From Hypanus sabinus (Eukaryota): 64,000 nucleotides of DNA. Shown here piece after piece: positions 36,781-49,400 of the stretch (position 1 is the first letter of the stretch; the number at the start of each line of letters is the position of its first letter). The DNA is taken from positions 27,218,001-27,282,000 of the forward strand of contig NC_082731.1 in NCBI RefSeq assembly GCF_030144855.1, given 5' to 3'. The notes below the pieces were generated by a model. It did not search any database. It saw only the letters and a program-made list of their open reading frames with translations, and was not told the DNA's origin. Both the position numbers and the translations under genes were made by a program.

Positions 36781-36944
36781 CCTTTATTCTAGTGGTTCTG
36801 CTCTCTTCCTTTGGCAAAGAGCCTGTGGTGGGAATGGCCATTGTGTGTTTGATATTGCTGCACTCTGGGAAATGCCACTGTGCTGTTTGAAGGATAGTTT
36901 ACATTCTGGGTCCATTTTAGTTTAAGTTCCCTACACCATTTACT

Positions 36945-37290
36945 TTACTGCCTGTTATGCAACTTGCATTTGAGTCAGCAATGAAGGCCTTCCATCTCTG
37001 TCTATCCTTGGCCATCTCCTCTATTGTGCCTCGGGTGTACTTCAGGGTCCACATTTCTGTCTCTATGGTATGATGCCAAGTTGTCTTTGGACTCCTGTGT
37101 TTCTTCCATCCTTCAGGAATCCAGAAATCTTGATAATGGAGTTGGCCTCATCACATTCCCAAGCCATCTCCAAAGTTCCTTCAAGGTGATTGTGGCCATG
37201 TCCTCATGATGACACTGAAAGAGCAGGACATGGTTGGAGATCTTTCTTGCTCAGAAAATGTAGATGATCGTCTGGAGGCTCATGGTGTGA
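36945..37290 (-). mobile_element. RTE-clade LINE 3' fragment
   Basis: Direct match to 7060-7415. Confidence 0.75.
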
Positions 37291-37484
37291 AAAGAATTCC
37301 TTTCTCCTTCCTCTTTGCAGCTCCCCTGTATAAAGCTGTCAGGGTTTGAAAACCTGTCTGTCACATCACTTTATTTCATACAATTTGTGTGTGATTTCTG
37401 TTTGTCATGCAACTCTGCCTGTCTCACTGTTTCTGCTCTTCCACTTTCCAATCTGAAACAGACTGTCTTTTGACCAGGCCCTGT

Positions 37485-37568
37485 TCACTGAGAACCAGAG
37501 ACTGTCAGTTATTATGAGCAGCCAGTTTGACTGAAGTGTCAACGACTGGAGGTGTTCTTCTGCCCCCT
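37485..37568 (+). repeat. Partial exon-like repeat, copy G
   Basis: ACTGTCAGTTATTATGAGCAGCCAGTTTGACTGAAGTGTCAA...CTGCCCCC matches the 3' half of copies A and F. Confidence 0.75.
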
Positions 37569-37619
37569 GCAACCACTAGGGGTTCAAAATATCTTTTGGA
37601 CATCTGAGTGAGTGACTGT

Positions 37620-38150
37620 TTTAGTGTGGAGGCTTTGTTCGGAGTTTTTCTGCCAGTTTGGACTGGGTGTTTTGACACTGCTAACTTAGCTCCCAGGTGC
37701 GGCTGCTGGCAGCTCGCCAGGAAGATGTTTCACTCTGAAAAGAGGGAGCCGAACACTGTTGTTCCCCCACTAATATCGGGACAGCATCCCTCCTCCTTTG
37801 TCGTCATGATTCTCATTTGGTGTAGGAGCCGGAGCATTTTTTCAGACGTATCGACCTCTCACGGCCTGGTATTTCTTCAGGACTGATGGAACCTTTTCTG
37901 GTGCCAAGCCAGTAAGGTACTGTCAAGTGCAAACTTTTCTATCGAGTTACTCCACTTCCTCCAGGTCATTATAACCAGCACCGTCGCATACTTCTCGATT
38001 CAGACATAGTGCCAGTGTTCGAGATTTGTCTCCAGGGAGTAGCAGGTCTCAATGGGAGTTTTGCAAAGCAGGCTGCCTCTCAACCCTCGGACAATGCCTT
38101 GTTTCAGTCGGTAGAAGATGAATGCAGGGTGTCATGTATTTTGCATCCTG
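37620..38150 (-). mobile_element. Probable LINE ORF2 fragment, clade uncertain
   Basis: Weak resemblance to the endonuclease-RT linker of RTE-type LINEs; no clean motif. Confidence 0.3.
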
Positions 38151-38199
38151 GAATAACTCTGGAACAATGTGCAGAGGCATTGGAGGACTTGGTTGGGGA

Positions 38200-39420
38200 A
38201 GGCAGCATTTTGGCCTCAGAGAAAGAGTTTGGGAAGAGAGTGTTTTATCTGGGGTTTGATGAGTTAGTGCACTGGTCTCTGAGTAGGGGGATCATGGTGA
38301 AAGACAGGTTGCACATGAACCGGCGAGGTACCAATATCAGCAGAGAAATCTACTTTTTACAACAAGAGAGGGTATAATCTATATTAGCAGGGTGTGGAGT
38401 CAGTGAGAAGATGGGTATGTTCAGCAACCAAAGAGTGTTCACCCAGCAATCAGGATATACATGTTTACAGTGAAGTGGCAGATAAGATTACTGAGTTACT
38501 GTAAATTGTATGCATTTCCATACCTAATCTTAACAGGTAAGACAGATGAAATAGGAGTGTGGAATATTGTGGCCATAAAGGAAACATGGCTGAGAGAAGG
38601 ACAGTGTTCAGGGCTACTGATGCTTTAAACTTGTCAGAAGAACAGATAAGACTGGAGAGGGTGTTGCCTTTTTGATAATGGAGGACATAACAGCAGTGCT
38701 TAGAGAGGACATTCTTGAGGGGTTATCTAGTGAGGGCATTTGGGTAGAACTTAGAAATAAGAAATGGATGGTCACCTTGTTCTGGCTAATTACAGATCCC
38801 ACAGTTGTCAGTGGGAACTAGTGGAACAGATGTGTGGAGAAATTGCACATTGTTGTGAGAATAGTAGGATAGTGCTCAAAGGAAATATCAAATTTTCTAG
38901 TGTCACCTGGGCCACCCAGGGTGCAAAGGGCCTGGATGGGGAAGAATTTGTGTGAGGAGTCCAAGGCAGTGTCCTCACACATTCTACAGAGGAAACTATT
39001 TGGGAAGGAATACTACTGAAACTGCTCTTAGGCAAAAGTTGGGGCAAGTAACTGAAGTGTAAGTTTGGGTGTCTATTGACCACAAATCTGTTAGTTTTAA
39101 AATAGAAATGGGAAAAAAGGGAGAACCACAGGACCTATCATTTTCCTATCAGGTAGGTCCACATGATAAAGTCCTTATCTGGAGCAAGGCCAACTGAAGG
39201 AATTAGGCTGGATCTAGCTGGGCTTGACTGAGTGAATCTATTTCAAGATAAAGAAATAGTTGGCAAGTGGGAGATATTTAAAAGGGTGATATCAAGAGTC
39301 CATGTTCCTGTTAGTGTGAATGGTAGACATACCCAGTTTAGGAAACCCTGGCTGACAAAGAATATTGAAGCTCTGGTAAAGGAAAAGAAGGAAGTGTACA
39401 AGGCATTTAGCAACTGAGAA
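38200..39420 (+). mobile_element. CR1-clade LINE (ORF1 end + endonuclease region)
   Basis: DRLHMNRRGTNI; VAIKETWL; GEGVAFLI; FRKPWLTKNIEALV. Confidence 0.8.
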
Positions 39421-39424
39421 GAGA

Positions 39425-39775
39425 AGTATGTCAGGGCCCATGCCCAGCCAGATGTATGTGATCTGTGTCGAGCCATTCCTTTTTAAATTCTGGAGGGGCT
39501 CTCAGTTTCATTCTGCTTCAGTAATTAAAATTAGAGTGGTATCTATTTTTATTAATTCTAAAATCTCTTTTATACATTTTAATACTGTCACTGATTCAAT
39601 TGGAAGACACTTAATTGTTACAGGCTTTTTATGTAGTCAAAAGGTTGCTTTGGTGTATGTGTGTATGCACCTAATGTAGATAGCCCTGAATTTTTTAGGT
39701 GTTTATTCTCTGCGTTGCCAAATTTAAATGAATATAGTTTGATTATGGGCGGTGACTTTAATTGCTGTCTGAGTA
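39425..39775 (+). mobile_element. L1 endonuclease fragment
   Basis: DSIGRHLIVTG; VYAPN; MGGDFNC. Confidence 0.75.
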
Positions 39776-39799
39776 AAGAAATTCCCCCTTGTGTTGCCC

Positions 39800-40805
39800 T
39801 TAAACTTTTGCCCCCTAACTCTCAACTCATGTCCTCTTGAATCTCCCCTACTTTCAATGGAAAAAGCCTATCCATATCAACTCTATCTACCCCCTCATAA
39901 TTTTAAATACCTCTATCAAGTCCCCCCTTAACCTTCTATAATCCAACGAATAAAGACCTAACGTTCAACTTTTCCCTGTAACTTAGGTGCTGAAACCCAG
40001 GTAACATTCTAGTAAATCTTCTCTGTACTCTCTCTATTTTGTTGACATCTTTCCTATAATTCGGTGACCAGGACCGTACGCAATACTCCAAATTCGGCCT
40101 TACCAATGCCTTGTACTATTGTAACATTACATCCCAACTCCTATACTCAATGCTCTGATTTATAAAGGCCAGCATACCAGCAGCTTTCTTCACCACCCTA
40201 TCCACATGAGATTCCACCTTCAGGGAACTATGCACCATTTTTCCTAGATAACTCTGTTCTACTGTATTCTTCAATGCCCTACCATTTACAATGTATGTCC
40301 TATTTTGATTAGTCCTACCAAAATGCAGCACCTCACACTAATCAGCATTAAACTCCATCTGCCATTGTTCAACCCCCTCTTCTAACTGGCCTATATCTCT
40401 CTGAAAGCTTTGAAAACCTACTTCATTATCCACAATGCCACCTACCTTACTAATACAATTTACCTCTCCATCATCCAGATCATTAATGTATATGACAAAT
40501 AACATTGGACCCAGTACAGATCCCTGAGGCACACTGCTAGTCACTGGCCTCCAATCTGACAAACTGTTATCCACCACTACTCTCTGGCATCTCCCATCCA
40601 GCCACTGTTGAATCCATTTTACTACTTCAGTATTAATACCTAACGATTGAACATTCCTAACTACCCTTCCATGTGGAAATTTGTCATAGGCCTTACTGAA
40701 GTCAATATAGACAACATCCATTGCTTTACCCTCATCAGCTTTCCTCATAACCTCTTCAAAAAATTCAATAAGATTTGATAAACATGAACTTCCAGGCACA
40801 ATCAA
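39800..40805 (-). mobile_element. CR1-clade LINE RT and 3' end, comparatively well preserved
   Basis: SCLSNLIEFFEEV; DFSKAYDKFPHGR; SVPQGSVLGP; INDLD. Confidence 0.92.
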
Positions 40806-43800
40806 TTTTATCTACAATTACATCATGCACTGCAGCTGTGCACTGTCTTGGAATGTCAGAGAATAAATCTTTATACTTGCAAATTAAGCTTTTCAATTGT
40901 GTTTGTTGCTTAGGCTTTAAATGATGTATTTTATGGTCAAAGTTTTCCAAAAATACAGTGCTTTCGAGCCTTGTGGAGACTACACTGAGCTCGTTAAAAT
41001 TATCTGCTATCTCAGTACCAGGCTCCACAGCTTCATTTGTTTTCATAGCAGTACTCACAGGTGATGTCTCTGTGTCATGATAAGGCATGAGCATGCTTAT
41101 GTGCACAACTTGAGTAGCCTTCCTTCAGTCATGAGTTCTAATAACATAATTCAAAGAATCAATTTTCTTAATTATCTGGTATGGTCCACTAAATCTCACT
41201 TGAAGGGGGTTGATAAGGAGGGGGAGCAGCACCAGGACCTTATCTCCAACACAATATCTCTGTTCCCTCACTTCCTGGTCATACCACAGTGTCATCCTTA
41301 TCTGAGAGTGCTGTAAATTCTGCTTTGGAAGGACACAAGCCTTGTTAAGTCAGTCTGTGAATTCCAAAACATAATTAAGTGCACGTGCACACTCACACTC
41401 ACTCTCACACACTCATTTTTGGATCAGACCATTGTTCTCTGAGTAGGGTCAAAGGTCCTCTAGCTTTGTGACCAAAAACAAGTTCAAATGGACTGAACCC
41501 CAACGAGTCTTGAATCAAATCCCTAACAGCAAATAGAAGTAGGGGAACTCCCTCATCCCAATTTTTCCCATTTTCCACATAATATGTTTTAATCATGGTC
41601 TTAAGTGTTGAGTGCAACCATTCCAAAGCTCCCTGGGACTCTGGTTGATATGCAGATGACACAATGTGCTTAGCACCCAACTCACCAACTATCTGCTGGA
41701 ATGTTTCGAAGTAAAGTTACTACCCTGGTCAGATTGAATTTCTTTGGGCAGATCTACCAGTGTGAAAAATTTGATGAGTGCTTTTACCACAGTCTTGGCC
41801 TGGATGTTTCTGAGAGGCACTGCTTCAGGGAACCTAGACGCAGCACACATAATTGTTAACAAGTACTGATGCCCAGCTGCAGTCTTTGGCATTGGGCCAA
41901 CACAATCCATTATGACCCTGGAAAAAGGTTCACCAAAAGCAGGTATCAGTTTATGTGGCGCTACTTGAACAACCTGGTTAGGTTTCCCCACAACCTGGCA
42001 GGTATGGCTGGTCCTGCAAAAATTCACAACATCCTTTCTTAAATTAGGCCAGTAGATTTCTTTCATAATCCTGTTCACTGTCTTTCTCACCCAAAGATGT
42101 CCACCTAAAGGTATACAATGAGCGATGTTTAAAATCTCAGCCCTGTAAACTTTTGGAATCACAACTTGACGTTTAAAGGCCCAATCCTCTCTTGCAGACA
42201 CACACAGTAGGTGGTCTCCACTTCCTCATTAACAACCCCTCCTTAAGATAATATCCTACTGACTTTCTTGGAACATCCTCTTCTGGGAGAGCCGTCTCCT
42301 TTAATGCAGCAAAATCTGAATCTCGGCTTTGTTCTGCTATAAGTTCATTACTAGACAAGGACAAACTTTTTTCATCCTCCTTACTACCCAAATCCTTGTG
42401 TAACATGGAAGGTAGAAGAGTTTCTGACAAATCTTCATGATTTGAACCCCTGTGTTTACTACCATGGGCCTCAGAATCCCCCTGCCCCAACCCATCTGCA
42501 TCAGCAGACTTTGTAGACATGCTTCAGGTTACTGCGCATGTGGGGTTAACATCAGTATCCATGTGTGGGTCATCAGCCACAGGCTTGCTCGTTAGCTGTA
42601 CTGCTGAATAAACATTCCCACCTGTAAGGTCATTACCCAGCAAGACTTCAATATTGTCCATTGGTAACTCAGATCGTACCCCTATCCTAACAAGTCCTGG
42701 CACTAGTTTGTATTTCAAAACTACCTTTTGTAAAGGCATGGACTCAGTCCCCTTTCCAATTCCTTTAATAATATTGACTTCATCAGTTTTCATGACATCA
42801 CCAAAGTCCAAAACATTATCCAATATCAGTGACTGAAGAGCCCAGTATCTCTGCAGATTTTCAATGGAACTGGGGCTGATCCCTCTTTTACAGACACGAA
42901 TCCATCTGAGATAAACCGCTTAAATCCCTCTTGCACTCAGTGACTCCTTTCTCCACGGTGTCTCAACCAACTGAACACAACCAGTTGGGATTGTCTCCTT
43001 TTCTTTTCCCTTTTCCCTTTTCATAGCAAAACAATTCACCACCACATGACCAGGCTTCTTATAACAGTGACAGGTAAAACTAGGAAACTTCCTTTTTGAC
43101 TGCTTTCCTTCCTCCTTACTCTTGTCACTAGTTTCCAACTTACTCTCTGGTTTAACCTGTGGGGTATCTTTGTTATCTGTGCTACCCTTTGGTAGTTTTT
43201 GCTTGGGAAAAGCTTTACCTCGTGGGTTAAATCATACTCGTCTGCTAACCTAGCAGACTCTGACAGGGTTGCAGCCTGTTTTTCATTCAAGTACGTCTTT
43301 ATGCTATCAGGAACACAATTTTCAAATTCTTCAATCAGCATCAACTCCATCAAGGTGTTTATATCCCCAGTCGCCCTTTTTGAGGTACACCAGCAATCAA
43401 AATACACCAATTTTTCATGAACAAACTAGGTTTGATTCCAAGACTTCCTCAAATCTCTGAACTTTTGTCTATGCACCTCCGGAACCAGCTCATGAATCTT
43501 AAGCACCACATCTTTCACTATATCATAATTCTTTGACTGTTCAAGGGTCAGGGCAGAATACACCTGCTGAGCCCTCCCCTTCAACACACTTTGTAACATG
43601 ACAGCCTACTGATCCCTTGGCTATTGCCGAGTCTGTGCCACCTTTTCAAAGTGCAGAAAATACCTATTGACTTCAGCTTCATCAAATGGTGGTACTAACT
43701 TAATTTCTTCGCTAATATTAAACGGCATCACCAGCTCATTACCACTACCTTCCGCTTGATCCTGTCACCACCATTTCTCTCTCTCAAACTCTCTCTGTTT

Positions 43801-44861
43801 CCTGCTTCTTTCTCTAATTTAAGTCTATCTAATTTCATCTGTTCCAGTCACAACTGGATCTCCTCTTTACCAAGAGGAAACATTTTTAAACTCCTCCTCA
43901 CTAAAGTGCTTCGTAGAAATATAGTGCTCAGCTATTATCCTTTTGAGTTCCAACTTTGTCATACCCATCTTAGCCTCCCTAAGTTTCAATGCATTAACAA
44001 CTTCCCACAACTCAGAGTTTTTAACTTTCTTCAAAGTCGCAGGATCGGGCACTGCCAGAAATTCTTCACCATCCATTTCTGCTGTTCTGCCCTCACAAGC
44101 CAATCAAAGGAAGATAATCACTGAATAAACAAGCCCCCCCCCCCCCCAAATTTTCAGAATAGCTCTCACCAATTTTTTCATATCCCGGACGCAGGCCCCA
44201 ATTTATTACGTACAATGTAACGGGTTAAAAAGGACCAGCAGAAATAGACACTTCTGGAGTCTGAGTCTTCCGTTATGAACACTATTTTATTAGTAACTAC
44301 ATGATAAAATAATATAAAACAAAATAAGGCAAACAGCTCAGCAGAGTATATGCATACTTAACTGAGTAAATAAAGTTCCCAAGCTTCTCCCAGCTCAGGT
44401 GATAAATGATACAGTCTTATGATTGTACAGGAATGAAGTCAGTTCAGTTCTGGGTATTGAGTTGAGTAGATTGAAGAGAGACAGCAATGTTTTGTCTTCC
44501 CAGTGCTGATGGCGTTGAATCTTCCACGCCGTCCTCCTGTCCCCGAAACTTAGTAAAGTCACCAACTGTGACCATAGAAAAGAGGATGCAGTTTTCACGT
44601 GGTACTACTATCAATCCAGGCAAGGGTTAAACACACTGACAGCTTTCCACTGGTCACACCATTTCCACACTGTGAGCCAAAAGCCCCTCCTTTGCTGTGG
44701 GTACACAAAGGTCAACCAGTATCACTGTCTTCCTTGTCTCTGGTGCATCTGATTACAAAGCTAGTTGACCTTGTATATATTCCACAAATGCTGAACACCA
44801 GCTGTCCATCATATAGCTCCACCTTTCCATTTCCAAGGCAACTCACAGGCTTTCGTTGCAC
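40806..44861 (-). mobile_element. Gmr1-like Ty3/gypsy LTR retrotransposon, 5' part (LTR, PBS, gag, PR, IN, start of RT region)
   Basis: LTR ~44204-44861; gag ELMLIEEF..DEY with degenerate CCHC; protease RDTG (~42840); integrase HHCC + IMDCVGP / SDQGSNF / ESQGALE (41405-42201); GPY motif ~41180; then QLKSLICKYKDLFSDIP before truncation by CR1. Confidence 0.82.
44182..44200 (-). promoter_or_regulatory. Primer-binding site, tRNA-Pro type
   Basis: Minus strand TGGGGCCTGCGTCCGGGAT versus canonical Pro PBS TGGGGGCTCGTCCGGGAT, adjacent to the LTR end. Confidence 0.75.
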
Positions 44862-45195
44862 TCTCTGTCGCTGATCTAGGACATATGCTGCCCGCTTTCT
44901 CTCTCTTCAATCTACTCAATTCAATTCCAGAACTGAACTGACTTCATACCTATACCATCGTAAGACTGTATCATTTATCACCTGAGCTGGGAGAAGCCTG
45001 CAAACTTTATTTACTCACTTATATAGGCATATACTTTACTAACCTGTGTGCCTTCAACCACCATCCCCTGCTTCCTACCTCCAAGCCAGTTTTGAATCCA
45101 CCTGACCAGCACTCCCTGAGTTCCATGGGATCTGACTTTCTCGACTAGTTTGCTATGGTGAAGGCCTTGCTAAAGTTCCAACAGACATGAACGGC

Positions 45196-46290
45196 CAGGG
45201 CCAGATTAAGCTAGTTTGGGGCCTGTATCATACATTTTAAAGGGGCCCAAAATTTTTAAAAAAAACATAAGTATTAAAACATAAATAATTTACTTGCATA
45301 GTAAAGTAATTCAATTTTTTCATTTGCTATACAGCCAGATAATACGACAAATCTCTGCCACTTCAGTAACAGTATTACTTGCATTTCAAATGTCAAAAGT
45401 AACAAAACTACAATTTAAAAGTTAGATTTTCTATATTTAGCATGAGCAACTTTGTTGATGATACTGGAAATGTCTATTTCATGCAGAAGTTCATGTTCTT
45501 CTGAACGCGGTGGACACTGAACGTCTGATCCCTGAAGTATTTTACCCAGTAGATGCAGAAGAAATTTGATAATTGCGCTTCATTTGAATTTATTTACCCT
45601 CACCGTCTTTTATGAAAAGTAGAGCATTAGAAAATTGAGAGCAGACTTTTAAATTTTAACAGCCCAGGTTTAACAATGGTACACGGATTATGGTATATGG
45701 TACACGGTTTAACAATGCATGGATTATTTGTTACACAGTAATTGAATTTATTGGAGTCCCAAGTAAATACCTTTCAGTTATTTGTACGGAGGCCGTGATG
45801 TCTTCTCACTTTCAACAGCTGCCGATGCCATTTTAGTCCGTGTTAATGAAAATGAGTTCACACCACAGTTTTCTATAGCAGATGATGTTCCAGTTCCAAC
45901 CCACATTCCACGTTAGAATCATTGCCTGTTTCAAATGTGGTTGTTCACAAGTCATCTGATGCCTTGAAACAATTAGTGGAACCAGTGGTGTATACTGATA
46001 ACCTGATCTATCAGCACTCCCTTTCAGATTTTTAACTCGTGTTCCTGACAGTCCCTAGAATGCCGTTTCATTCCTCGCAGTCTCATTTTGTATATGAATG
46101 CCAATTGACAATTTAACCTGGGTCATGCAGACTTGTCACTGGAACTGTTTGTAGTTTTTATTCATTTGTGACGTGAGACCACGAACTGTACAGAAACACC
46201 AAACACAATCCATGTCTATCAGAACATGTCTGTCGTTAGCAGACCTCATTCATTTGAACTTCATCCCTCTTAAGAATATTCGAGTCAAAT
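45196..46290 (-). mobile_element. hAT DNA transposon relic
   Basis: TIR-like CAGGGCCAGATTAAG at 45196; minus strand EHELLHEIDISSIINKVAHAKYRK (~45415-45503) fits a hAT transposase C-terminus; distal boundary uncertain. Confidence 0.55.
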
Positions 46291-46416
46291 GATTCACTCA
46301 TCCCTGACCACCTAAACCCAATCTATGCTTCCTTCTTTTTGGTGACAAGAGCCTCTGTCTCTCATCAACCAGGGTTCCCGAGCCTTGCCAGGTTTACCCT
46401 TCAACATCCTGCTATC

Positions 46417-49400
46417 ACAGTCATGGTCCCTCCTGGCAATCGCCCACCTGGCTATTTTCCTCAGGAATTGGGCCTCAATCACCTCGTTTAGTTTCCAATC
46501 ATTCTCAGGTTCCACTAACTACAAACACTTGCTTTCCATCAGCAAATGCAGCATAAAGACCCTGTATCCACAACAAAGATCTGCCAGTTCGTTGGTCGAC
46601 TCTGGTGTGAGTAACCTTGGATTCGGACTGCCAGTTCTAAGTCTAGCATCACTGCTGGATACTGATTCCATGCTCGCTTTGTTAATAACAACTCCTGACT
46701 GCCTCCACGCCCATGTTCTGCACTTGGGTTTGTTCACTGCCATGCTCGTGTAACAGAATGAACTGGCCATAATAAACACAGCAGACACAAATCCCCTGCA
46801 ACAAGCCCTCACCAGCCAGGACTCCCTACTGGGCTTGCATGATCAGCTGCTCCAGGATGTCATGGAGAACCTCCGTTCCCTGTCAGTGGACATAGGAAAG
46901 GTGAGTGAACAGGTCGACTGAGTATCCGCCCATCTTACCGCATCGACTCCAGGTTGGTGACAAGAGCCTCTGTCTCTCATCAACCAGGGTTCCTGAGCCT
47001 TGCCAGATTTACCCTTCAACATCCTGCTATCATAGTCATCGACCCTTCTGGCAATCGCCGCCCGGCTATTCTCCTCAGGAATTGGGCCTCAATCACCTCG
47101 TTTAGTTTCTAATCATTTCCAGGTTCTACTAACTACAAACACTTGCTTTCCATCAGCAAATGCAGTATAAAACCCTGCGACCACAACAAGGAGCAGTCTG
47201 ACCAGCCTGGACAAGCAACGTCTGATGCGTCAACAACACATCCACCAAGTGAGCCACACGTACCTGAAACAGAACCCTACACTGGAGATCTGGGGAAGTG
47301 CCTGGCTTTTCTATTGCAATGCTCCTTTGTGTTCGAGCAGCAGCCATCAACGTATGCCACAGACAGGTCAAAAATAGCTTACATTATGGGTTGTTGCGAG
47401 GAAATGCTTTAGCATGGGCCACCGCGATTTGGGATAACGAGCCAGAGACCTGCTTTTCCTTCTCCACATTCATCTCAGAAATAAGGAAGATTTTTGACCA
47501 TCCCGTCCATGGTAAAGATGCCACTAAGCATCCAATCACCCTCTGTCAAGGCTCACCCAGTGTTGTTGAATACTCTGTGGAGTTCCGGACGCTAGCGGCT
47601 GACTCAGGCTGGAATGATGAGGCACTCCAGGAGATATTCTGGCAAGGCCTCTGTGACAAGGTAAAGGACGAGTTGGTGGCTAGGGATGACACTAACAGCC
47701 TGGATTCAGTAATGTCCCTCGCCACCAGGTTGGACAACTGACTCTGAGAACGTCTGAGAGAGAAGACTGGTTACCCAGTTCCTCAGGCCATCCCACGGTC
47801 CACCTTACTTTCTTCAACCAGCCCTACCCTCTCTCCCCCTTCCGTTCCTTGCAGAGCTCCAGCTCCTACTGTTCTGGTGAGTCCGATGATGCTCCCTTCA
47901 GGGAGACCGCCTCTGTCTGTAGATGGAGTAGCAGTAATTTTGTGTTCTTAGTTTTCTCTCTCTCCCCCTAGTTTAATTTTTGAATTTAAAATTTTTACTT
48001 GCTGATTCTTGAAGGAGAGTTATATGTGTATGTCTACGAGGAGTCGGAAAAATCTGTCTGAATGTAGTGACAAAGATAATGGAAAAGGAAAAATGCCAAA
48101 GGAAAGATCTGATGAAATACCATCATGGGCTGAAGTTATCGTTTGGACACTGAATTCAATTCAAGATCAGAATAAGTTAATTAAAGACCAACTGGAAAAG
48201 AATAATAATGAAATGAAAACTTAAAGACATGGAAACTCAAGTTATTACACATGAAGAGAAACTGAAGTTAACCAAGCAAAGATTGTCCAAAACTACAACC
48301 CATTTGGAAAGATATCAAAATAAGATTAGACCTGGAAACTAGGTCTCGCCGAAAGAACATATGAATTGCTGGATTGCAAGAAGGAGCTGAAGATGGAGAG
48401 TTAATGGTTTACTTTGGTAAGCCTTTCCATACTCTATTTCTTACTATTTTATCACAGCCACCTGCTGTAGAAAGAGCACATAGAGCGTTTACTTCAAAAT
48501 TTAAGGATTCACGTAGACCAAGATCCATTCTGGTTTGTTTTCATCACTTTAAAATTATAGATCAAATAATGTGACAGGCAAGAAAACAGAGAGTTTTTAG
48601 ATTCAAGGAGTCTGAGCTCCGTTTTTATAAAGATTATCCAAAAGAAGTAATGGAACAAAGATCAAGACTTGCTTTGGTAACGAAACAAGCATATGATAAG
48701 AAACTGTTTCCCTCTTTGCGTTACCCGACAAGAATTAAAGTTTTTCCTCCTAATTCTCCTCCTCGCACATTCTTTGATCCAAAAGTTGCACTAGACTTTG
48801 TTCAGACTATACCTGCCACTGCTACTGACGCTGCTACTGAATGAAATATCTGAAGAGTTGTTTGATTACATGTATTTTATTTACATTTTGAAAAGAAGAT
48901 ATATAAGGTTATTTGGATATTTCCTTGAGAGATTAACAAAAGAAGATAAGACTTGTTCATTATTGCATATTATTGGATTTTTTGGAAGGTAGATTTATGG
49001 TTCAAGTTTGACTGTTTAAACGGCTATTCAGATATTTGACTGCGAAAAGAGGATAAAGGGATTTGTTCCTTTCATCTAATATTTGGTTTGGTTTTTTTTT
49101 GTTTCTTAATTAACTAATTTGTAGTTTTCTCCTATTAATAGGGTTTCTTTATATACATATAAATTTGGGAGGGTTTAATTACTTGTTATTAATATTGTTG
49201 TAAATTTTGTTTAGTTAAATATACTGTTAACCTTTTTTTCTCTGTTTCATTATAGCATCTTATAACCGAATTTCACGTTTTTTTTAGAGATTTAAGGTTA
49301 AACTTAAGATGGCGCTTGTTTTTCTCTCTAAGAGATTATATTACTTTGGTTCTTTTTTTGTTTAATAGATGATGGAATGTAAATACTTTCCTTTGCTGAA

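Larger units (their letters stand above)
31670..37470. repeat. Segmental duplicate (copy B) of 4850-8175
   Basis: See copy A; B retains ~33762-36600, which A lacks. Confidence 0.85.
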
